Virus record (IMG/VR): IMGVR_UViG_3300030433_000606
Location: 1 to 58,100 of that record
Reading direction: 5' to 3' (one strand)
Source of the DNA: a virus
Lineage: Duplodnaviria > Caudoviricetes
Length of the DNA: 58,100 bases
Shown: positions 40,164 through 50,300 of the stretch, one piece after another
Numbering within the stretch: position 1 is the first letter of the stretch
How the letters are laid out: each line of letters starts with the position of its first letter
The notes under the pieces: model-generated
Databases searched by the model: none
What the model saw: the letters and a program-made list of their open reading frames with translations, nothing else
Told to the model about the DNA's origin: nothing
Position numbers and translations under genes: made by a program

Positions 40164-40499
40164 ATGAACCCTATGAATGAGGCATGGACTTTGCTGAAAG
40201 GCAAGATGTCAAACATAGACCTTATCGCGCGTGAATCTAAATCTATACAAGAAGCAATGGAATCAATGAAAGAAGATTTTCCCGACATGAGTGATGAAGA
40301 GGCAATGAACATGCTTATGCAAGCAAGCAAAGCACATTCCTTAGACAAAAACCGTCCACCCGACAATTACATGGGGTTACTAGGTGATGCACCGGAGTTC
40401 GCTAATGTTGACAGTTCAGAACAGGATATGATGAGGCTAATGCCGAACACCAATCTAGTACACCAATCCGGTAACTTACCAAAAGGAGATGATGAATGA
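40164..40499 (+). CDS. Leader-bearing acidic protein (MNPMNEAWTLLK)
   Basis: GGGGTG RBS, ATG 40164. Confidence 0.7.
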   Translation: MNPMNEAWTLLKGKMSNIDLIARESKSIQEAMESMKEDFPDMSDEEAMNMLMQASKAHSLDKNRPPDNYMGLLGDAPEFANVDSSEQDMMRLMPNTNLVHQSGNLPKGDDE

Positions 40500-40906
40500 T
40501 GAGAAAAAGTATGCACATTGGAGGCCACAGACCATTGAGAATGCGCGCGGTAGCAGAAAACACTTTTGTTACTGATGAGATATTCAACCCCGAAGCCGCG
40601 AAAACAGACGGCAACCCATTCCCAACAACGCCCCTTGAAGCAGAGGGGGCGACAGATTACGAGTCCATGACAGTTGAAGAACTGAAAGCCCTATTAAGAG
40701 CGCGAGGTTTGGAAGTCACAGGCAAGAAGGCGGAACTCATTACCCGCCTAACCGAAGCCGATACCCCCTCAGAAGAGGCAGTTGAAGCCGAGGATGTTGA
40801 ACCCTCAGAAGAGGCTGCAACAAGTGATGAGGGAGTAAGTGAAGACAATGGTGAAGATAGCCGAACTGAACAGCCTCTTGGTGAAGAGCCAAGCGGAGAT
40901 GCATGA
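40496..40906 (+). CDS. SAP-domain protein
   Basis: YESMTVEELKALLRARGLEVTGKKAELITRL is a canonical SAP motif; acidic tail with a repeated PSEEA. Confidence 0.8.
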   Translation: MMRKSMHIGGHRPLRMRAVAENTFVTDEIFNPEAAKTDGNPFPTTPLEAEGATDYESMTVEELKALLRARGLEVTGKKAELITRLTEADTPSEEAVEAEDVEPSEEAATSDEGVSEDNGEDSRTEQPLGEEPSGDA

Positions 40907-41201
40907 AATTGAGACAGGTGAGAATGAAATCTTGAAGGTTTGGGTGAAGGAATTATCCTTTATGCAAATGCAAGATGCAATCAAATCTTTCGTAAACATA
41001 GGCGCAAACGCGTCTGTGGATATTGACCTAGCAGCATATTGGAAATATATGTTCGCGGAAGCAATAGAAAGAACCGAGCCTAGACTATCTATACCACAGA
41101 TGTTATCACTACGCTCAGATGTAGCACTCAAGATAACTGCGCTATTGCCGCAGCCACAGGATTTGCTTGCTAACCCTTTAGTGGATGGGGCGAGCGAATA
41201 G
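40848..41201 (+). CDS. Tail assembly chaperone (gpG-like)
   Basis: Position before the tape measure; ends with a slippery site. Confidence 0.7.
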   Translation: MVKIAELNSLLVKSQAEMHEIETGENEILKVWVKELSFMQMQDAIKSFVNIGANASVDIDLAAYWKYMFAEAIERTEPRLSIPQMLSLRSDVALKITALLPQPQDLLANPLVDGASE

Positions 41202-41461
41202 AAGAAGCATACGATTTCTTTCGCGCGCCAACTAACAACATAGAGTTGGGGCTTCAAGCCTCGGCCTATTTTGTCGCGAAACATTATGGGATAAGCATTG
41301 AAGAGGTATGGAATATGAGCATGGAAGCATTTGAGCAATCCATCATTTGGGCTAGTGCCGCTGAGAAACACAAGGCTGATGAAATGCAGAAAATGACCGA
41401 TGGTGCAAAAAGCAAGTCACGCGTAGGCTCGACACATGGGCCGATGCCATTCAGTAATTAG
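41174..41461 (+). CDS. -1 frameshift extension of the tail chaperone (gpGT-like)
   Basis: C CCT TTA heptamer at 41174-41180; the -1 frame is closed by TAA at 41171-41173 and open from 41174 to 41461. Confidence 0.8.
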   Translation, partial: PFSGWGERIEEAYDFFRAPTNNIELGLQASAYFVAKHYGISIEEVWNMSMEAFEQSIIWASAAEKHKADEMQKMTDGAKSKSRVGSTHGPMPFSN

Positions 41462-41469
41462 GTGATTAA

Positions 41470-43182
41470 ATGTCAGATGTCGCCAAACTCAATGATGAAA
41501 CCAGCAAACTGCTGAAGCAGTTAGAAATGCTTGGTATAGTCAATCAAGGTGCTACTAAGCAAATGGGTTTATTTGAGAAGCAACAACTGAAAGTAACCAC
41601 CGCGTTAAGAGCATCCCCTATTGCACAAATGATTAAGACCGCGCAAGGATGGATGGGTGCTACTAAGAATGTCATCAAGATAACGGCGATGAATACAACC
41701 ATGAGCAAAGAACAGAAAAAAGAGCATCGTAAAGGAATGTCAGTGATGCAGAAGTTTACCGCGAGTCTAATTTCAATGGGAGTGGCACAGAAGTTTAGTA
41801 ATAAAATGTTGAAGTTAAGTAACGGTTTATTCTCTAAACTATTGATTAGTGTATTCTCACTTGTCAGCATATTCTTAATTGTAGGATTCGCGCTTGCTGC
41901 TTTATCTGTTGCATTTGAAGGCGCGAATAGCCCTATTCTCGATTTAACAGAGGGTCTAGGTCCTTTACATGACGCGATGCAGGGGTTGGTATTTGTCATA
42001 TCCGGTGAAGGCGATGAAGGCGGTCTATCAACTGCGTTTGATGTTTTGACCGCTGCTATGGTCGCGGGAACTATCGCTGCAATCGCTTTCGGTACTGCTA
42101 TGGGTGCATTAACCGCTTCACTGATAATAGTCGCAGGTGTATTCCGTGGCGTGCAATTAGCGACAGGTGATACCGAATTAGCGATGGTGGTCGCAATCGC
42201 CACAACAGCCGCGCTTACCGGAGGTTTACTTGTATTGAAAGCGACGGCCATAGCCACCGCTACCGGACTAAAGGCTGCTACGATTACGGCGACAGGTGCT
42301 TTCCTTGCTTCATTTGGTTTCATTCTTGCTGGTGCGATGGGATTGTACGCGTGGGTTACAGGTGCGGCTGATGGTTTCAAGGGGTTACTACTCGGTGTGT
42401 TAAGCGCGCTTGCTATATTTGTTGGTTTAGCGATTCTTAGTGTCGGTATAATCCCTGCGGCTATCATCGCGTTTGCTGCTTTCGTAGTTGCGGGTATTAT
42501 CAAGTATTGGGATGTGATTGTCGGCATTCTTACGGGAGCATATCATTGGGTTTTGAAAGGATTAGCACTCATAGGATATACGGTCGTAGGAATGCTCGCT
42601 AGTATTGCTTCGCTTGTTATTGGTACGATAGTGGGGCTGATAACATTCGTTGTTGGTGCAATAGTAACATTCTTTTTGACATTATACAATATCGGTGTGT
42701 CATTTTACAGAAATATAATACTTGGTGGAAACAACTTCATAGCCTTTTTCAAAAGCATACCCGGTGCTATCGCAGATGGATTTGAAGATGGATTCAAAAA
42801 GATATTCAACAGTGTCATTAAGATATACAACAGGTTCGCGAAAAAGATGACTTTCAAGATTCCCGATTGGGTTCCGTATATCGGAGGCGATGAATGGAAA
42901 TTACCTAGAATCCCAAAACTAGCAAAAGGTGGTATTGTTAATTCAGCAACACTTGCAATGATTGGCGAAGATGGGCCGGAAGCCGTAGTTCCTCTTAACC
43001 GAAAGAATAACCCGGCGGGTATAGGTCTTGGTGGTGGTGGTGCTACAACTATCAACATCAATGTTGGCGGAGTCACAGATAGAACCGATAAGCGCGCACT
43101 TGCAAGAGAGATTGGTGATTTGATAAGAGCCGAGATGGACCGCGGTGGTCGCTCACATGGTAACAGGAGGTCGGGTGTATGA
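41470..43182 (+). CDS. Tape measure protein
   Basis: A/G/I/L-rich hydrophobic helices; C-terminal IPKLAKGGIV...MIGEDGPEAVVPL motif typical of tape measures. Confidence 0.85.
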   Translation: MSDVAKLNDETSKLLKQLEMLGIVNQGATKQMGLFEKQQLKVTTALRASPIAQMIKTAQGWMGATKNVIKITAMNTTMSKEQKKEHRKGMSVMQKFTASLISMGVAQKFSNKMLKLSNGLFSKLLISVFSLVSIFLIVGFALAALSVAFEGANSPILDLTEGLGPLHDAMQGLVFVISGEGDEGGLSTAFDVLTAAMVAGTIAAIAFGTAMGALTASLIIVAGVFRGVQLATGDTELAMVVAIATTAALTGGLLVLKATAIATATGLKAATITATGAFLASFGFILAGAMGLYAWVTGAADGFKGLLLGVLSALAIFVGLAILSVGIIPAAIIAFAAFVVAGIIKYWDVIVGILTGAYHWVLKGLALIGYTVVGMLASIASLVIGTIVGLITFVVGAIVTFFLTLYNIGVSFYRNIILGGNNFIAFFKSIPGAIADGFEDGFKKIFNSVIKIYNRFAKKMTFKIPDWVPYIGGDEWKLPRIPKLAKGGIVNSATLAMIGEDGPEAVVPLNRKNNPAGIGLGGGGATTININVGGVTDRTDKRALAREIGDLIRAEMDRGGRSHGNRRSGV

Positions 43183-44333
43183 CAAAGGTTAGATTAATTC
43201 GTAACGACGGCTCGGTGCTAACTCTCGACGCTACACAATACAGTCTTAACATAACAAGAAGCGTTCCTATCCTTCCTGTGCCAATCGTGGGTGAAAGAAG
43301 TGCGGTTGATTTGAATATGGTTGCTGCTGATTTCAAGATAGATGTAATATTAGCAGATGACGATTGTGCCTCAAGTGTTTTTGGCGCGACTGCTGCTGTC
43401 GCAAGTGTTGACTTTAGCGCGCTAGCAAACAATGATGGTGGTGTTCATTCACCTTACATGACGGGTGGTGGAACTGTAACAGTTAGTGATTTGAATGACA
43501 ACTATTTTGAAATTGAATCAACATACACAGGTGAAAATACAACTCGCGCACCAATAAGAATCAAGTTCGATAGTAGCACCGCTTCACATTCTGCTTCTGC
43601 TAGTCCACCAACCGTAACAGTTGGTGTTCAAGGTATAACCACAGATGCCGCGTTAGCAGCCGCAGTTAAAACTGCATGTGAAGCAGCAAACTTTAGCCCG
43701 CGACAGGTAAGCACAACAGGCACAACTTTCAGTAGTGCATTCACAATCACATTGTCTGAAGGCGTGAATGACCCTAGTGGTACATCCTCAAGATTGATTT
43801 TTACACAAGTCGATAAGGGTTCGGGAGGTAATAGTGGCACTCCGACATTCAACAAGAACTTCACACCTTACATTCCGTTATACGAAGAATGCGGCGGAGG
43901 CGTTGACAAGTCATGTCGTAGCGCGGGTGACAAGTTACAAGACCTAATCGCGTATGTTGGTAACGCGAGCATTCTTGGTGCAACAGGTTCATTAGTCGGT
44001 GGTGAAATACCAATAGATGGTAGTCTTTTAGAAGAGCAAACTTCTGATTACATAATCGGAATACAGATACCATACAACTCATTGTTAACTAGCACATCCG
44101 CTAACGATGACTACATAGAGCGTAACTTGATTATAGTAACAGGGAGAAAGGACGCTAATCAACAAGACGCAGCAGCAAACAATCTTGGTGTGGATGTTGT
44201 GTTTGACCCAACCGATAAATACACAGGTATTGCTGGAACTGTGGTCGCTATGTCATTCAATTACATTGCTGGTGAAAATGTATATGAGGGTTCTTTGACC
44301 TTCATGCCAATAGATTTGATTACAGGGACATGA
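43179..44333 (+). CDS. Putative distal tail (Dit-like)/baseplate hub protein
   Basis: Follows the tape measure; S/T/G-rich beta composition. Confidence 0.55.
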   Translation: MTKVRLIRNDGSVLTLDATQYSLNITRSVPILPVPIVGERSAVDLNMVAADFKIDVILADDDCASSVFGATAAVASVDFSALANNDGGVHSPYMTGGGTVTVSDLNDNYFEIESTYTGENTTRAPIRIKFDSSTASHSASASPPTVTVGVQGITTDAALAAAVKTACEAANFSPRQVSTTGTTFSSAFTITLSEGVNDPSGTSSRLIFTQVDKGSGGNSGTPTFNKNFTPYIPLYEECGGGVDKSCRSAGDKLQDLIAYVGNASILGATGSLVGGEIPIDGSLLEEQTSDYIIGIQIPYNSLLTSTSANDDYIERNLIIVTGRKDANQQDAAANNLGVDVVFDPTDKYTGIAGTVVAMSFNYIAGENVYEGSLTFMPIDLITGT

Positions 44334-44337
44334 TATT

Positions 44338-47300
44338 ATGGCAGTTATAGGGCAAACAAGTCATGCATTGTTTTTCAACGGTGTTAGCGATAGCGTTGTT
44401 TGCCCTCAAGGTAATTTTATTCAAACGGGTCACAAGCGAGTATTGAACGGTAGCGTTGCGCGCTCATCCGCCCCTGTGTTACAAGATGGTGACGGGCATA
44501 GGTTTTCTAATAACAGAAATCAAACATTGAACAGGTTTACTGTCGAAGCGTGGGTATCACCGGATTGCGGTGGTGTTATCGCGAGCAAAGAAGGATTGTT
44601 TGAACTACGCATGGGAACAGTGAACGCGCCGGGTGTTGCATCATTCAAGGTTGAAATCACAAACGGTGTTACTGTAATCGCTTCAACTGCTAACAACTAC
44701 CCTACTGCTGCTGGCTCTTTCGTAGCAAGCAATGTCGGTTATAACATAGGTCAACGCGAACTGTACCACATATCGGGAGAGTTCAACGGCGAGCAAGTTA
44801 AGTTGTATATCAACGGTGAATTGATGGCATCGCAAAAACTCAACAAAAAATATGCTTGCAGCATGAATGACAAAGACTTGTTCATCGGTGGCAAAGGCGG
44901 AGAATATCGTGGTTACATAGAAAGTGTTCATTGGAAGAATGAAGTATCAAGCATTGAATCTCGCGCTAAACCATTCATGCTATCCACTAGCACAATAGGT
45001 CTTTGGCGTTTTGAAGAACCTGTTGATGTGGATGATACGGTCTTCAAAATAACATCTGATGTAACCGCGGGTGATACAACAATCACAATAGGTGCTACTC
45101 AATGTCAATCATTGTATGAGTTAGTTAGTGGTAAATCAGAAACACTAGCAAGCAATTACACACTAGAAAGTCTCGGCAACTATCAAGTGGCTAACGCTGC
45201 ACATAGTGGTGGCGCACAAGTAATCAGTGTCGCACACACTCCTTACAACATTCTAATCAACCCTACGGCTACCGACATAATGACAGGTATAGCAAACAGT
45301 TCACCACCGGAGAGAGTTAGACTGAAAGCAATTAACACAAACGGTACAATCACCGTTGACAGTATTCATCTTGATTTCACAGTATCTTCGGACACAGGTT
45401 CGCGCGGTGTGCTACATTCAAGAACTGCTTTCAATTCAACTAACAATCTTGCTAATGATTCAACAATGGTTTTGATACGCTCGGACTTACTGATTGACAC
45501 TATATCGGGTAAACCGTTTCAAAGACTAGGCACAGGTAGTCAAGCCATTGATAGAACGGGTGCTATGATTATTGACGAAAGCCCGAATGAGTTTCACGGC
45601 TTTATGTATTCGCGCAGCATGTCTGTCAATTCAAACAACTTTGACCCTGCTAGTTGGACTATTGCAGACCGTTTCAAATCGGGTCACACAGGTAGGCATT
45701 TTTACAGTCACAAAGAAGGTCATCCATATCTAAGGATGTTACCGCCAATACATGAGCAAGAAGTTACTAGAACCATTGATGGTGTTTCTGATGACGCGCT
45801 TGTAACATTCGCAGGAAGTTATCTTGGTTTGAAAGATATGCTACCAATCAATAGTAAAGTCGCAATCACTCATACTACCATCGACGCGAAAATAAAAAAG
45901 GTTACAACATCTGCTACAACAAACGGTTTAGTGCGCAACGGTCTTGCGTCACACGATGCTCACCGTGATGGTGTTATTGCTATATCCGTTGATGACATTC
46001 AACCCTTCTTGTTGAAGGGTGGTGGAGTTGGTGTTAGTTCAACATCTGATTCACAATACAAAAAACACTTGACACCGGAAACCGAGTCGCGTGTTGCTAT
46101 TCTTGAAGTGTCGGGTTTGACCGCTGGTTATGTTGAGGTCCACTACAACGCAGTTGACCTAACAGGAGGGAAAATGGGATTATCAAACCCGGCACTTCTC
46201 ATTACAAAGACCGTACCGGACGGTGGTTGTTTGTTAGACGGTAAGCGTGTAGCCGCGCACATCGCTGATGCTGTTGGTGCTAACGCGACAATACACGCAC
46301 CCGGTGGTGTAATTGTTGTTAGCCCCGAAGATATAGGAAACGCGAATGTAGCATTAAAACCACACCATCTAGTAGGTGACAACACAGGTGGAATCGAGTA
46401 CGAAGAAGATTTAGATGAATCTTTGATACCGTCCAATTATTCACCACGCAACACAGGTGATGAACCTAACAAACCACCGCAAGGAGTTGGCACTACTGTT
46501 CACCCCTCGTCTTATCACAAATTGCATTTACAACCCGCTGAGAGAAGTCAAAGCGACCCACCTGTAAATGAAGCACCAAAATACTACCAAGAGTCTGCTC
46601 AATTCGCATCACAGAAAGGTGGTGCGTTTGAAATGTTTGACATTATTGATAATGACAAAGATGGTGATTCATACATATTCATAGTTCAACCAAGCAAGCG
46701 CGAAAGAACAATGCAATTGTCAAGAGTCACACCTTTCAGTGTTGATTCTAGCGACCCAACACATTTCACCATCGAATACATTCAATCAAATGTTCGCATC
46801 AAATCTATGCAGATAAATGATACAGGCGCGGGCCGTTATGTCGTAATGGAAGGTAAAGGTTTGATGAGTGATGTTGCAGACCAAACTGTTTCATACAGTG
46901 GTGACGGTAGTCGCGATTCACACATTGTAAAAGAGATACAACCCGGCGCACCTGTTGTATCTGTAACACTTGGTGGTCCGGGTCAAGGCGCAGTCAACAC
47001 AAAACCATCGTGGGACCCTTCACCGTTGTCACGCGTTGGTTGGAATACGCGACACGCTTGCGCAGTCGAAGTTAAAGAAATTGATACGACGAATAGAACT
47101 ATCACTGTTCAACCGTTAAACAATCAAGGTGATGGTCTTAGTTCATGGGGTGCATATTGTTTCCCCGCAACAGGAACCGTGTATTTGACAAACGGTTCTA
47201 GTGCTAAATATACAAGCAGAAGCGGCACTCAATTTACTTTCCCTAACGCAAGTGGTGGTAATTCACCTAATTACAAAGTGGGTGGTTCATTTGCTGGCGC

Positions 47301-50300
47301 ATTCTCGACTTGGGTTACAGATAGCAGACTTGAAGAAGGAGATGTATTATTATTAGATGACGAGTTTGACTCTTCATCTATATGTGACGATGGAACCACC
47401 GTTAACGATAGGCTATTCCAATCAATCAGTTCAGTTCAGCACGATTATCAATTAGGCACACAATATGCAAGCACACGCGCGCTTGTTGAAATACCACTTT
47501 TCCCTCAACAATTTTTTGAAGACCGCGAAAAAGGAGTATTCCCCGGCCCCGATAATAGTATGAAACTACACCTTGATGCTACACTAACCGCGCAAGCATG
47601 GAACCCTTCTCCTGTTGGTCGCCGCGCACCAAACTTACCTGCTAAAGATTACGAAGCATTCGGTCAATATCAATACAGTTTAACCAACAACGACACAATT
47701 ACTTTTTCGGTCAAAAGATTTGATAGACAAGGTACTAACGCTAGATTGTATGTAAATGAACCCGATGCGGTCTTGAAAAGATGTTTACCCGAATCTGAGT
47801 TTACTACTTCAGCGGGTGCTGTAAAAGGTGTGATAGCACAAAGGGCTAGAAGAATAATTCTAGGCAATGGTGAATGGTGTTATTACTCATACGCTGGTGG
47901 GACTTATATTGATTTAAGCACAACTGATACTCATTATAGCGAGAACTTTTTTGCCTCTCTCGGTGGTAAGTTTACAATCTCTCCAATGCCGGATAGAACA
48001 GGTTTTCCATTAGCAAGCGACATTGATTATCCTACCGCGGCCCAAGAATATCGTCGCCCGTTTTACTATGACCGTGGTAGCGTAATGACACAAGGTGGCA
48101 ATCTTGATTACGGTTTGCGACAATATGTTAGCGCGGTTGAGTTTAAGGCTGGACCAACTGCTAACCCACACTTACCGAGAATCAAATCAAAAAATGCAGT
48201 TCTTGAATTAATTCTTGTTGACCCCACTTACAGTGGAACAGGTCAACGATTCTTCTTCAAGGGTGATTTACCGAAGGGTCATTTACCAACTAATTATGAG
48301 TTTGCTGCAATAAATGAAGCAACGGGTCGAAAATACTCAATCACTTACACAGGTGGTAATCGGTTTGTAATAGTGGCACACCCAATACTTGACTCAACTG
48401 CTCCATCATTGAGTGTGGGTGCGCGTCTTACAGTTCTCGGTATTTATTCAAAAGTCGCGACAACACTACCACTCAAACTTGAAGATGGTATAGCAAACGC
48501 AACATGGAACAACCCTTACTGTCCGGGTGGTTTGCGTTATGGTGACACTATTTGGATGAATATGCACTACACTAACCCTCATGCAATAGAAGGGTTGTTC
48601 GGAAAATCACGCGGTGTGTTAAACGAATATGAAGTTTGGAAAGGTTTCAATGGCGGCAAGGGAGAATTAGGTAACGAGGCTAGAGATACACTACCTCTTG
48701 AAAACTTCTTGATAGGCGACACTTGTCTTGAAACCGCACGAAACTTTGTGCAACATCTCAATAAAACAATCGAATTGAATTGGACCGAACTCGGACACAC
48801 TACATCCGCGCCTGTTGTTGCTTATCTTGACCCTTATCTTAGCACCGAAACACATGCTCGCGTATTGTTATACGATGTCGCACATGATAGAGAGTTTATC
48901 GCATTCCACGATTTACACATGCAAGTTCAAACTAGCGCGACTACGCCAACTATCAACGGTCTTGATGTAGCAGCAGGTTTCAAAACTCAACGCAAGGATA
49001 AAGCAACAACGATAGGAGAAACCACTCAAGCAATCGGAGGCGTGAATTACAACATTATAGACAGTGAAGGTAAGTCACAATTCATTGAAGGCGCGTATGC
49101 TCACAAGGCATGGTATTTGATGGATGAAAGTTTCTTGACTACAAGTGGTGTAGCGACAAGCAAATACAATAGAAAGGGCAGACAGATTGAACATTACATT
49201 AAGTTTGGCGAGGAAACCGACCAATTCGGTCAAGGTCGCGTATCACAATCAACAGTGTCTTCATCAGCCGCAGCAATCAGACACGCTGAAACCATGCCTA
49301 ACGCAGAATCAGAAAAAGTAATTGACGGCACATTTGGCGCGCATCAATTCAACGCTACATTCTTTGATACACCCGATGGAACACGCGTTATATCAGCATT
49401 CCTTTGTCTGAAAGGTAAGCGTGCAACTAACAACGATTTATCATCCTATACTAATGAACCACAGTTACAACACTTACCGCATTGGACTGACATGGATTTC
49501 GTAAGAAGATTAACAATAGACATGGGTGAAATCGGATTGCGTGAAGGTGTCACCGACATCCAAGCAGCGGCTAAAGAAGTAGTACGAATTATCAATCAAG
49601 GTGGCGCGTTAAACGGTCGTAGTAGTCAACGCAGACCTTCAGACCAATACGCAGGTGAAGGTGAAAGATTTGATATTAACAGACGCGCAGTTTCAACAGG
49701 AGGCGCAGACACAGAAGAACCCACTGATGCCACCGCTGCTCATCTTCACGCAGACTTTGCGGTAACAGGTTCAACACATGACCCTGCATCATTTTGGATG
49801 GATGACGCATTTACTTCATTCGACCGTGGTTCTCACATGGGATATGTTCGCGCACACATCGGTAGGGTTGTTGAAGATTCAGAAGGCAATGAAGGGTTTA
49901 GTATAATTATTCATAGTACAGTACCGGGCGCAACAGGTCGAAACTTCTGTGTATGGCTTGATAATAGCAAAGGACAGGCTGAATACAAGCCTCAATTTTT
50001 GATAGGGCATGGTGGAAGGTTCCGCAACTTCTTTTGCGCACCACCCGAAATAACCGGAGAAAACATGCATCCGGCTCCTATGCCAATCGACAAAAACGGA
50101 AAACCGTTTGCGCCAATTACTACTTTGCGCGAATATGTAGCATTAGATGAAGCAAGTGATGAGTTCTTTACCAACATGCATTTAGGTCACGCGAGTAATT
50201 TTAACACAACAATAGACGGTGAAGATTCACCAAACAGTGGCGCAACAACAGGTCGCAACTCTAACACAGGTGCTATGGAATCATTTGAAGACGGAGGACA

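Noticed and set aside
36338-40201. Leader repeats as a CRISPR array, attC-like sites or DGR repeats
   Set aside because: The repeats are protein-coding, degenerate at synonymous positions, non-palindromic and irregularly spaced; no integrase, Cas or reverse transcriptase in the window.
41544-42527. 327-aa minus-strand ORF
   Set aside because: Antisense shadow of the hydrophobic tape measure gene; no independent motifs.
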